Source: a virus
Taxonomy: Duplodnaviria > Caudoviricetes
Direction: 5' to 3' (one strand)
DNA: 64,000 nt
IMG/VR virus record: IMGVR_UViG_3300007735_000883
Coordinates: 2,141-66,140 of that record
This document shows positions 40,236 through 49,219 of this stretch, one piece after another. A program made the position numbers and the translations under genes. Positions within the stretch are counted from its first letter, which is position 1; each line of letters begins with the position of its first letter. Below the pieces are notes generated by a model. That model saw nothing but the letters and a program-made list of their open reading frames with translations. It was not told the DNA's origin and did not search any database.

Positions 40236-41036
40236 ATGGCAAATCCAAATTCTAGACAAACTTTAATCGAATACTGCTTACGTAAGCTTGGCTCTCCCGT
40301 TGTTGAAATAAACGTAGACTGGCAACAATGCGAGGACCGCTTAGACGAAGCTTTAGATTTTTTTACAGAACGCCATTTTGATGGTGTTGAAAAGATATTT
40401 TTTAAATATCAAGTAACAGAACAAGATATAACTAATCAGTACATTTCCACAGAGAATATTTCGTATCCTAATGGAGTAGACGGACCCACAGGAAAAGAAA
40501 TAGTCACTGTGGTTAAAGTTATGCAATTTGGTAATTTTGCAAACATCAACATGTTTGATATTCGTTATCAGATGGCCCTAACCGATTACTTTGGTGTAAA
40601 CAGAAATCTTCAAGGGACTCATTCTATGGGTCTTGCTAATTATGATGCCATGATGCGGTACATAAAACTAATTGAAGATTATTTTCAACCAGAAAAAGCA
40701 GTTAATTTTAGTAAAGTAACTAATAAAATTCATTTAGACATGGATTGGGGGAAAGAAGTTGTACCAGGCGAATGGTTGGTTATACAAGCATACGCTGCTT
40801 TAGACCCACAAAAATATACAGAGATATACAATGACCGTTATCTTAAACGATATCTTACAGCGTTATTAAAAAAGCAATGGGGAGCAAACATGTCAAAATT
40901 TGACGGTGTTGCTTTGCCCGGTGGTGTAACTATGCGCGGCGGAATACTGTACGCCGAAGCTATACAAGAAATGGCACAAATAGAAGCAGAATTTATGAGT
41001 AATACTCAGCTACCGATAGATTTTATGACAGGTTGA
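40236..41036 (+). CDS. gp13: Neck protein gp13
   Basis: P.SR..LI.YCLR.LG.PV.EINV...Q.EDR.DEAL..F.E.H.DG, KKQWG.N..KF.GV.LPGGVT. Confidence 0.95.
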   Translation: MANPNSRQTLIEYCLRKLGSPVVEINVDWQQCEDRLDEALDFFTERHFDGVEKIFFKYQVTEQDITNQYISTENISYPNGVDGPTGKEIVTVVKVMQFGNFANINMFDIRYQMALTDYFGVNRNLQGTHSMGLANYDAMMRYIKLIEDYFQPEKAVNFSKVTNKIHLDMDWGKEVVPGEWLVIQAYAALDPQKYTEIYNDRYLKRYLTALLKKQWGANMSKFDGVALPGGVTMRGGILYAEAIQEMAQIEAEFMSNTQLPIDFMTG

Positions 41037-41037
41037 T

Positions 41038-41661
41038 ATGCCAGTAAATCCATATTTCAAAGATTATTCAGGAGAGCAGAATCTTGTAGAAGATCTGACC
41101 ATTGAAATTATTAAAACAATGGGTAGAGATATGGTGTACATTCCCAGAGAAAAATACAACCAAGATGTGCTATTTGGCGAGCAAACAGGAGTTAGTTTTA
41201 AAACCGGTATACCACTAGAAATGTATATTGATTCTGTTACTGGGTTTCAGGGTCAAGGAGATATAGTAAGCAAATTTGGTATTGAAATCAAAGACAATGT
41301 TAATCTAACTGTATCTAAAAAACGTTTTATAGAAGAAGTTCAAACTCGTGTGCCATCAATAACCAGACCACGCGAAGGTGATCTAGTATTTTTTCCGTTA
41401 GCCCGAGCTTTATTTGAAATAAACTTTGTTGAGCACGAAAATCCGTTTTATCAGTTAGGAAAACTGTATTCGTATAGATTGTCGTGTGAACTGTTCACTT
41501 ACAATCAAGAGGATGTACATACCGGAAATACGGATATTGATGCTGCAGACACAGAAAATAAAGGTCTTACTGCCGAGAATGATGAGATTGAGCGTTTAGA
41601 TAAAGATTTTGAAATTTTAGATTTTACTGAAACAGATCCTTTCTCTGAAGGAAACTACTAA
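41038..41661 (+). CDS. gp14: Neck protein gp14
   Basis: NPYF, EQ.L.EDL..E.I...G.D..Y.PR, SKFG.EI.D, RP.EGDL..FP, FEI.FVEHE.PFYQLGK, DF.E.DPF. Confidence 0.95.
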   Translation: MPVNPYFKDYSGEQNLVEDLTIEIIKTMGRDMVYIPREKYNQDVLFGEQTGVSFKTGIPLEMYIDSVTGFQGQGDIVSKFGIEIKDNVNLTVSKKRFIEEVQTRVPSITRPREGDLVFFPLARALFEINFVEHENPFYQLGKLYSYRLSCELFTYNQEDVHTGNTDIDAADTENKGLTAENDEIERLDKDFEILDFTETDPFSEGNY

Positions 41662-42335
41662 TGTTTACATACTACAATAACGAATCGATACGAAAGCTTG
41701 TAGTTGGATTTGGTTCGTTATTTAACAACGTTCATATAATGCAAAAATACACTAATGGATCTGACCGAGATTTTTTAGTGCCTCTAACATATTCCGCCAA
41801 AGAAAAATATGTTAAACGTTTAACACTACCTAGCTCTATTAGCGACAAAACTCGTGTGGATGTAAATCTACCACAGTTAAGTTTTGAGATGACAAATATT
41901 ACATATGATCCAGCAAGACATTTAAACAAAATACATAAAAAACAACAGAGCACCACTGGATTGACTGGTGATACTTCTTATATGGAAGTTCCATATAATT
42001 TTACATTTGGTGTGTACGCGTATACCAGAAACATAGAAGAAAATCTTCAGATAATGGAGCAAATTTTACCAAATTTTTCTCCAGAATTTATTATAAGTTT
42101 AAATTTTACAAGTATTCACAGAAAAGTAGACGTTCCTATATCTTTGTTACAAACTAGTCTATTAGAAGATTACGAAGGAGATTTTAGTACTAGACGTATG
42201 GTTGTTAGTTCGTTTATATTTAATGCAAAATCGTACGTGTTTGGTAGAGTAAAATCCGATTACAATGTTACTTCGTATCAAGGTATTGGAGAAATTCTTA
42301 TTGACGGAATTACATTTGGCATAACAGGACCTTAA
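41661..42335 (+). CDS. gp15: Tail sheath stabiliser/terminator gp15
   Basis: Y.N..IRK.V..FG.LFN, VPL.Y..KEK, LP..SFE...I.YD..R, VPYN, QI.EQILP.F.P. Confidence 0.93.
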   Translation: MFTYYNNESIRKLVVGFGSLFNNVHIMQKYTNGSDRDFLVPLTYSAKEKYVKRLTLPSSISDKTRVDVNLPQLSFEMTNITYDPARHLNKIHKKQQSTTGLTGDTSYMEVPYNFTFGVYAYTRNIEENLQIMEQILPNFSPEFIISLNFTSIHRKVDVPISLLQTSLLEDYEGDFSTRRMVVSSFIFNAKSYVFGRVKSDYNVTSYQGIGEILIDGITFGITGP

Positions 42336-42339
42336 TTAT

Positions 42340-42786
42340 ATGAGTGATGATATTATTTCTAAATCATTAGGTATTGATTTTATTGGCCCAGTACAACCAA
42401 TAACTTCCGAAGCCTTACCTGCTAAGGAAGAAAAAAATTTAGATAAAGATTTTGAGTACGCTAAAGACAATATAAAACTGTTAATATCTAACGGTACGGA
42501 CGCAATAGAAGAAATATTAAAAGTAGCAAAAGCTGGCGACTCTCCTCGCGCATATGAGGTTGTGTCGCAGCTGTTAAAAACTGTTGCAGATATGAATAAA
42601 GACCTATTAGATCTGCACCAAAAAGCTAAAGCTGTTAAGAAAGAGACAGTAAACGTTAAAAACACAACCAACAATTCTATATACGTTGGTTCTACTAGTG
42701 AATTACAAGATTTGATTAACAAAGACCGTAGCCGTAAAAAGGCTTTGGATAGTCAAACGCTTTTTGATAATACCAATGGGCTATAA
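42340..42786 (+). CDS. gp16: Terminase small subunit gp16
   Basis: D.EY...N...LI..G..A, SPRAYEV..QL.K, TNNS.YVGST.ELQ. Confidence 0.92.
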   Translation: MSDDIISKSLGIDFIGPVQPITSEALPAKEEKNLDKDFEYAKDNIKLLISNGTDAIEEILKVAKAGDSPRAYEVVSQLLKTVADMNKDLLDLHQKAKAVKKETVNVKNTTNNSIYVGSTSELQDLINKDRSRKKALDSQTLFDNTNGL

Positions 42787-44422
42787 AAAGAAAACAGGAT
42801 ATTTAGGCAATCCCAACTTGAAAGAAGTTGGGATGCAAATACAGTTCACAAAAGAACAGGTAGAAGAATACATTAAGTGTTCTAATGACCCTGTTTATTT
42901 TATTAAAAAATATATTAAGATAGTAACTCTGGATAAAGGATTAGAGCCTTTTGAACTATACGATTATCAAGAAAAAATAGTCAATACAATACAAAATAAT
43001 CGCTATGTTATAGCAAAATTGCCTCGTCAAACAGGTAAAACCACAACTACAGTTGCATGGATGGTTCACTATCTTGTGTTTAATCAAAACGTTAATATTG
43101 CTATTCTTGCCAACAAACTAAAAACTGCCACAGAAATTATGAAACGCTTGAAAGAAGCGTACGAATATCTTCCAAAATGGTTACAACATGGAGTTGTGGA
43201 ATGGAATAAAACATCCATTTCTTTAGAAAACGGGTCGCGGGTAATGGCATCCGCAACTTCGGCGTCCGCTGTTCGTGGTGGTTCGTATAACGTTATATTC
43301 TTAGACGAGTTTGCTCACGTTCCACCAAATGTTGCTGACGAGTTTTTTAGCTCCGTGTATCCCACAATTACTTCCGGTCAGACTACCAAAGTTATAATAG
43401 TATCAACTCCTAACGGATTAAATATGTTTTACAGTCTTTGGCAGGGGGCAAATCGCAGCCCCGGCGAAGAAGGCCGAAACGAATACATTCCTATTGAAGT
43501 TCATTGGGGCCAGGTTCCGCTGTATCCCGGTGGTCCTATGCGTGATCAAAAATGGAAAGAACGAACCATTAAACAGTTAGGCGGGGGCTCTGGTGGTGAG
43601 CAAAAATTTCAAAGCGAATACGACTGCGACTTTATCGGTTCTTCTAACACATTAATATCGTCTGCAAAACTACACACCCTTAGCCCTCAGACTCCTCTGG
43701 GCAAAACCAAAGAAGGATTGTGGATCTACGAAGAACCTAAAGACAACAGAGTATACGTGATGACTGTAGACACGTCTAGAGGTCAGGGTAAAGACTATAG
43801 TGCTATATTGGTTTTTGATATAACGGACGCCCCATACAAAGTGGTTGCAAAATATAGAAATAATATAATATCTCCCATGTTACTGCCAACCATCATAGCA
43901 ACCATGGGCAAAAAATACAAAGACGCATATGCTTTGGTAGAAGTAAATGATATTGGGGGTCAAGTTGCAGATATATTACACTATGACTTGGAATACGACA
44001 ATATTCTTATGAGTATGAGTAAAGGTCGTTCTGGTATGGTGCTGAACGGTGGATTTGGAAAAGGAGAAGCTCTTTTTGGTGTTAGAACTACTGCAACAGT
44101 TAAAAAGCTGGGCTGTTCTATACTTAAAAGTTTAATAGAACAAGACAAACTACTAATACACGACGAAGATATTATTAAAGAGTTATTATCATTTGTGGCA
44201 AAATACAATACTTTTGCCGCAGATGATGGCCATACAGACGATTTGGTTATGTGTTTGGTATTATTTTCTTGGTTAACAAAACAATCGTATTTTAAAGAAT
44301 TAACAAATATAGACATCAGAAAAGAGCTTTTTGACGGAGAAATTAAGAAAATAGAAGAAGAAGACTGGTTTAGTTTTGGTTTTATTTCCTCTCAAGACAG
44401 TGAAGAAGACTTAAATCTATAA
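42776..44422 (+). CDS. gp17: Terminase large subunit gp17
   Basis: YLGNPNLK, Walker A PRQTGKTT, Walker B IFLDEFAH, STPNG, VDTSRG.GKDYSA, DDLVM. Start set to ATG 42776. Confidence 0.98.
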   Translation: MGYKKKTGYLGNPNLKEVGMQIQFTKEQVEEYIKCSNDPVYFIKKYIKIVTLDKGLEPFELYDYQEKIVNTIQNNRYVIAKLPRQTGKTTTTVAWMVHYLVFNQNVNIAILANKLKTATEIMKRLKEAYEYLPKWLQHGVVEWNKTSISLENGSRVMASATSASAVRGGSYNVIFLDEFAHVPPNVADEFFSSVYPTITSGQTTKVIIVSTPNGLNMFYSLWQGANRSPGEEGRNEYIPIEVHWGQVPLYPGGPMRDQKWKERTIKQLGGGSGGEQKFQSEYDCDFIGSSNTLISSAKLHTLSPQTPLGKTKEGLWIYEEPKDNRVYVMTVDTSRGQGKDYSAILVFDITDAPYKVVAKYRNNIISPMLLPTIIATMGKKYKDAYALVEVNDIGGQVADILHYDLEYDNILMSMSKGRSGMVLNGGFGKGEALFGVRTTATVKKLGCSILKSLIEQDKLLIHDEDIIKELLSFVAKYNTFAADDGHTDDLVMCLVLFSWLTKQSYFKELTNIDIRKELFDGEIKKIEEEDWFSFGFISSQDSEEDLNL

Positions 44423-44425
44423 AAA

Positions 44426-44433
44426 TATAAATA
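44426..44433 (+). promoter_or_regulatory. T4-type late promoter TATAAATA (gp18)
   Basis: Exact consensus upstream of an AAGGGGAG SD and gp18. Confidence 0.75.
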
Positions 44434-44455
44434 TAATGTATAGTAAGGGGAGAAT

Positions 44456-45595
44456 ATGGCATATAACTTTAAAGCTGCAACTCTGTCTACCAATGGATTA
44501 ATTCCTGCACTGGGGGTTACTGCAGAGATAGAACGTGGTCTGATGACCGTTCCCAGCAAAACTGATTGGATTTCCAGACTAACCAATAAAAACTACACTA
44601 CTGGTCCCACAGGGGCTTGGCGTGGTGAATGGCTTTCTGTGTATCAGTTTCTTGATTACGGATACGGAACCTGTTATGTTGGTGGCACGGGTTCTACGGG
44701 ATCGTACACATCTTATAGCCTAACATCAACCCCCCTTCACAATTTAGGACTAGTTCCAGAATTAGATGTAGTATTTGATTGCGGAAACACGTATTCTGCA
44801 GGTGGTGCGGCTAATATTGCTAATACCCGCCAAGACTGTGTTGCAATTATTGGAAATAAATCTAATCTAACAGGTATTGATGCGTTATACGATTCCGAAG
44901 TGGAAGATTTTGGTGTTACTCTAGCCGATACCGAATACGTTTCGTTTATTGGTGGCAGAAAAACCATAGACACCAAAGTGTTAGCAACTTGGCCCAGTGC
45001 GTATCAGGTTGTAAACTGTAGTGCTGATATTGCTGGTTTAATTGCGTATAATGCTAATATTTCAGACATATCTGCAATTGTAGCCGGAGTGGGAGCAACG
45101 AAAGCTATTAAAAATGTGGTATCACTTCCACAAATATTAACAGACATAGAAATTGGATATTTAAAAACAAACAATATAAACCCGGTGGTTCAGTATGCAG
45201 GAATCGGCGTGTTCCTTATGGGCAATAAAACCTATAAAAATAACACAAGTTCTATACTAAATCGGCTTAACGTTGTAGTAACTCTAAATTATATTAAACG
45301 AAACCTAAAAAGCATACTTAGAGAGTTTTTATATCAAGCAAACACCGCAACTCTGCGAGAAATCGTGACTCAGAGTGTAGACTCTTTCTTGAAGAGTTTA
45401 TACGTGTTTTCTCCTGTTGCTGGTGGCACATATTCAGTATTGTGCAACGATACCAACAATACAACGTCAACAATAAGTCAGGGTCAACTTAGAGTAAATA
45501 TATCACTAACACTGCCTGCATACACAGAAACTATAATACTCAATGTACTAAATGATGCTGATGGAGAAACAGTATTTAGTGTCACAATAATCTAA
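44456..45595 (+). CDS. gp18: Tail sheath protein gp18 (short, divergent)
   Basis: RQDCVA, SAD.AGL, L....INPV, G.KT, R.NV, V.C...NNT sheath C-terminal motifs; between gp17 and gp19. Confidence 0.8.
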   Translation: MAYNFKAATLSTNGLIPALGVTAEIERGLMTVPSKTDWISRLTNKNYTTGPTGAWRGEWLSVYQFLDYGYGTCYVGGTGSTGSYTSYSLTSTPLHNLGLVPELDVVFDCGNTYSAGGAANIANTRQDCVAIIGNKSNLTGIDALYDSEVEDFGVTLADTEYVSFIGGRKTIDTKVLATWPSAYQVVNCSADIAGLIAYNANISDISAIVAGVGATKAIKNVVSLPQILTDIEIGYLKTNNINPVVQYAGIGVFLMGNKTYKNNTSSILNRLNVVVTLNYIKRNLKSILREFLYQANTATLREIVTQSVDSFLKSLYVFSPVAGGTYSVLCNDTNNTTSTISQGQLRVNISLTLPAYTETIILNVLNDADGETVFSVTII

Positions 45596-45608
45596 TAAAG
45601 GATTTAAA

Positions 45609-46199
45609 ATGGCCGGAAATCACTCCATTAACGACTTCATACAAAACTTTAAAGGTGGAACACGTCTAAACAGATTTACTGTGGAAGGAAATGTTGGGCC
45701 AGGAACCAGCACCACAAACAGATTAACTCCGTTTCACGTAAGAAGTGCCAGCATACCAGAAGCTACTATTGGTCCCGTTTCTGTTAATTATAGAGGAAGA
45801 ACCGTTACTTATTCTGGTGATCGTGTGTATCAGCCATGGCAGATTACTGTTTTAGATGATCATGCAGGCGGCCAAAGCGATCCTCAGAATTTATTTAAAA
45901 TGTTCCACGATTGGCACGACCAAATTAATTCACATACCGGAAATATTACCACATTTGAAACCGGTATTGATTTAAGCAGTTTATGGAGTGACGTTTGGAC
46001 TGTAAAACAATATCAGTTAAATTGCGATAGTGCTCTGTACGGTCGTGCATTTAAACTGTTTAATGTGTGGCCCATAGGAATCGGGCCTCTAGTTCTAGAT
46101 ATGAGCCAAGATAATGTTTTAGCTTCATTTGCAGTAACACTGGTGTATTCACACTATACATATGAAGGTGCTCCGTATAGCACTCAAAGCGGTATCTGA
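45609..46199 (+). CDS. gp19: Tail tube protein gp19
   Basis: GG.R.NRF.V, A..P....G...V.YRGR.....GDR....W.ITV..D, WP..I....L. Confidence 0.93.
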   Translation: MAGNHSINDFIQNFKGGTRLNRFTVEGNVGPGTSTTNRLTPFHVRSASIPEATIGPVSVNYRGRTVTYSGDRVYQPWQITVLDDHAGGQSDPQNLFKMFHDWHDQINSHTGNITTFETGIDLSSLWSDVWTVKQYQLNCDSALYGRAFKLFNVWPIGIGPLVLDMSQDNVLASFAVTLVYSHYTYEGAPYSTQSGI

Positions 46200-46213
46200 A
46201 ATTAGGATATATT

Positions 46214-47800
46214 ATGGAATTTGAATTATTTGGATATTCTATAGGAAAAAAGAGAAAAGAAGAATCAAGACCATCAGGTGAAATTTTAACTCCTGATGCG
46301 TATGACGGTTCTTATATTTTAGAAACAGGTGGTGTTTTTGGAACATTTGTTGATTTTTCCGGAGCTATCCGTGATGAAAATCAGATGCTTGCACAGTATC
46401 GTGCAATGTCTTTATACCCAGAGGTTGATGCTGCCATAGAAGACATAGTCACCGAAGCAATAGTATTAGACCAAGACCGAAAGCCTATTAAATTAAATTT
46501 AGACAGAGTTAATCTGTCTGATTCTATTAAAACAAAAATTTATACGGAATTTAATTACATTTTACGTTTAATGGACTTTTCAAATAAAGGATCTGATATT
46601 TTTAGAAGATGGTATATTGATTCTAAACTTTTTTATTACAAGCGAATCGATAAAACCGACATTAAGAAAGGTATAGTAGAACTTGTTCCTGTAGATCCCA
46701 TTAAGATAAAGAAAATTCGTAAAATAGAAAAAGATAAAGCTATATGGGGCGGTTCTGCTCCGTTTTCTCCTGTAAAGAAAATAGAAGAATTTTATCTGTA
46801 TTCAGATACAGATAAAGATGCTGCGTATCCCACAACAAGTACAGGCTGGAGAATTGCGCCAGATTCGGTGGCGTATGCGTCTTCAGGTATTATAGACGCT
46901 ACCACAAAACGTGTCGTGGGGTATCTGCAAAAGGCAGTTCGTCCATTAAATCTCTTACGCCAGATTGAAGATGCAGTTGCAATCTATCGCATATCTCGTG
47001 CACCGGAACGTCGTATTTTTTACGTAGACGTAGGTAATCTTCCCAAGCAAAAAGCAGAGCAATATTTACGCGAAATTATGAATCGTTATCGTAATAAAAT
47101 TACGTACGATTCTGCAACAGGCCAGATTCGTGATGGTCGTAATCATATGCACATGTTGGAAGACTACTGGATGCCTCGTCGTGAAGGTGGTCGCGGTACG
47201 GAGATCACTACTCTAGACGGTGGACAAAATTTGGGTCAGATGGAAGACGTTCTGTACCTACAACAGAAACTCTACCGAGCTCTTGGTGTTCCCCTGTCTC
47301 GTATGATGCCCGACACTGGATTTAATATGGGTCGTTCTGCTGAGATTACCAGAGACGAAGTTAAGTTTGGTAAATTCATTGACGCACTTCGTCAGCGTTT
47401 TAGTGTGTTGTTCTACGACATTCTAAAGACACAAGTGCTATTAAAAGGGCTAATGTCCGAAGAAGATTGGAACCGTATAAGCCAAGATATTGCTTTTACG
47501 TTCAATCAAGATTCGTACTTTACCGAACTAAAAAGAAACGATATTCTTCGTGAAAGACTGGATATAATTGCTGCTGTAACTCCATACGTTGGAAAATTCT
47601 TTTCTGAAGAATACGTGCGTAAACACTTCTTGATGCAATCTGAAGAAGAAATACTAGAAATTAATGCCCAAATAAACAGAGAGCAACAACAACAAATAGA
47701 AGCTCAAGAAATGCAAATGTATCAGCAGATGCTTAGTGGTCAGACTCCTGAAGAAGGACAGCAAGACCAAGACCAAGGTCAAGAACAAGGAACACAATAA
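46214..47800 (+). CDS. gp20: Portal protein gp20
   Basis: LFG.SI, YR.M...PEVD.AIEDIV.EAIV, IYRISRAPERRIFY.DVGNLPK.KAEQYL, EDYW.PRREGGRGTEI.TL.GGQNLG. Confidence 0.98.
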   Translation: MEFELFGYSIGKKRKEESRPSGEILTPDAYDGSYILETGGVFGTFVDFSGAIRDENQMLAQYRAMSLYPEVDAAIEDIVTEAIVLDQDRKPIKLNLDRVNLSDSIKTKIYTEFNYILRLMDFSNKGSDIFRRWYIDSKLFYYKRIDKTDIKKGIVELVPVDPIKIKKIRKIEKDKAIWGGSAPFSPVKKIEEFYLYSDTDKDAAYPTTSTGWRIAPDSVAYASSGIIDATTKRVVGYLQKAVRPLNLLRQIEDAVAIYRISRAPERRIFYVDVGNLPKQKAEQYLREIMNRYRNKITYDSATGQIRDGRNHMHMLEDYWMPRREGGRGTEITTLDGGQNLGQMEDVLYLQQKLYRALGVPLSRMMPDTGFNMGRSAEITRDEVKFGKFIDALRQRFSVLFYDILKTQVLLKGLMSEEDWNRISQDIAFTFNQDSYFTELKRNDILRERLDIIAAVTPYVGKFFSEEYVRKHFLMQSEEEILEINAQINREQQQQIEAQEMQMYQQMLSGQTPEEGQQDQDQGQEQGTQ

Positions 47801-48213
47801 TGGACACTAAAAAAAGACTAATTGAATTTGTTCTTCATGGCCATCCGGATAAATTTAAAGCAGTTTTAAAGGAAGAAATAACAAACAGAGCCACAGACAT
47901 TTTATATAATACGTCTTTAATGGAACGCCAAAATATATTAAATACTTCTGAAACAGGTTCTGCTTGTAGTGAGAAAAAACAAGAAATAAAAGAAACTGTT
48001 CAAAAATTTTATCCGGATAAAACATACAGCTTAAAAGACGGAAATATAGGTATTTTAGATGTGGAAGAACAAAATTGTGTCAGTAAACTCTATGAAAATC
48101 TAAATAATATTAACAAAGAAAGACTACTAAAATTACTGTCAGAATCACAAGAATCTTTCAACAGAATAGTGAAACTGGCAAAAATAGAAAGTAAAAGGAT
48201 GAACCATGAGTAA
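47800..48213 (+). CDS. Hypothetical protein (prohead-core locus)
   Basis: 137 aa, translationally coupled to gp20. Confidence 0.65.
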   Translation: MDTKKRLIEFVLHGHPDKFKAVLKEEITNRATDILYNTSLMERQNILNTSETGSACSEKKQEIKETVQKFYPDKTYSLKDGNIGILDVEEQNCVSKLYENLNNINKERLLKLLSESQESFNRIVKLAKIESKRMNHE

Positions 48214-48577
48214 TAAATCAATACACGCTCTGATCAATATGATTGCTGAAGAGAATTTAGTTCAAGCACAAACTCTCTTAAAAGAGCAATTAAACGAAAA
48301 ACTTACACAAACTTTAAGTGAAAAGTTTGAATCGTATGCTCCAACCCTGTTTGAAAAGTGGGATATGGAAAAAGCCGATAAAAACAAAGACGGTGAAGTT
48401 TCGGATTGGGAAAAGGCTTCTACAGAATGGGCAAACAAAGAGGGCGATGATGAAGAAACCGAGAGTAAGAAACAACACGAAGAAGAAGAAGAAGACGACT
48501 CCGAAGACCAAGAAGATGAGGAAACTGATGAGGAGTCAGAAGAAGATGAAGAAACTGATGAAGAGGAAGACGAATGA
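48206..48577 (+). CDS. Acidic prohead core-like protein (gp67-like)
   Basis: Between gp20 and gp21; helical N-terminus, EF-hand-like loop, D/E-rich tail. Confidence 0.6.
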   Translation: MSNKSIHALINMIAEENLVQAQTLLKEQLNEKLTQTLSEKFESYAPTLFEKWDMEKADKNKDGEVSDWEKASTEWANKEGDDEETESKKQHEEEEEDDSEDQEDEETDEESEEDEETDEEEDE

Positions 48578-49218
48578 AACTAATAACAGAAACAGTTGAA
48601 GAGGTAAAATTTCTAACTGAATCTGACGAGAACGGTGAAAAGACCTACTTTATTGAAGGTCCTTTCATGCAAGCAGATACCCTTAATCGTAATAAAAGAG
48701 TATACCCTAAAGGTATTTTGCTAAACGAGGTTGCTCGTTACAGCAAAGATTATGTTCAAAACAATCGTGCGTTTGGCGAACTAAATCACCCTGCAAGTCC
48801 TACCGTAAATCTTGATCGTGTTTCACACATCATCAAAGAATTTAACACCAACGGTAATGATGTTTGGGGTAAAGCCAAAATCATGAAAACTCCCATGGGC
48901 AACATTGTTAAAAATCTTATTGATGAGGGTGCTAAACTAGGTGTGTCTAGTCGTGGCATGGGTTCACTAAAACAACGTAACGGTTACAACGAAGTTCAAT
49001 CAGATTTTATGCTTTCTGCTGTTGATATTGTTGCGGATCCTTCGGCTCCTGGTGCGTTTGTAAACGGTATCATGGAAGGTAAAGAATGGATCTGGAATAA
49101 CGGAATTTTAGAAGAACGAACTATAGAAGAGTATCGACAAGAGATTAAAAAAGCGTCTTCACGAAAACTAGAAGAAAAAGCAATAAAACTCTTTGAAGAT
49201 TTCTTAAAAAGGATTTGA
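48574..49218 (+). CDS. gp21: Prohead protease gp21
   Basis: MKLITE, IEG.F.Q...NRN.R.YP, GEL.HP, LGVSSRG.GSL, DIVADPSAP.AFV.GIMEGKEW. Confidence 0.97.
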   Translation: MKLITETVEEVKFLTESDENGEKTYFIEGPFMQADTLNRNKRVYPKGILLNEVARYSKDYVQNNRAFGELNHPASPTVNLDRVSHIIKEFNTNGNDVWGKAKIMKTPMGNIVKNLIDEGAKLGVSSRGMGSLKQRNGYNEVQSDFMLSAVDIVADPSAPGAFVNGIMEGKEWIWNNGILEERTIEEYRQEIKKASSRKLEEKAIKLFEDFLKRI

Positions 49219-49219
49219 T

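Noticed and set aside
42776-47800. Inteins or introns in gp17/gp20
   Set aside because: Lengths are normal, there are no splicing motifs, and gp17 has only small loop insertions
48440-48577. GAA/GAT trinucleotide-like repeats
   Set aside because: Explained by the acidic protein tail
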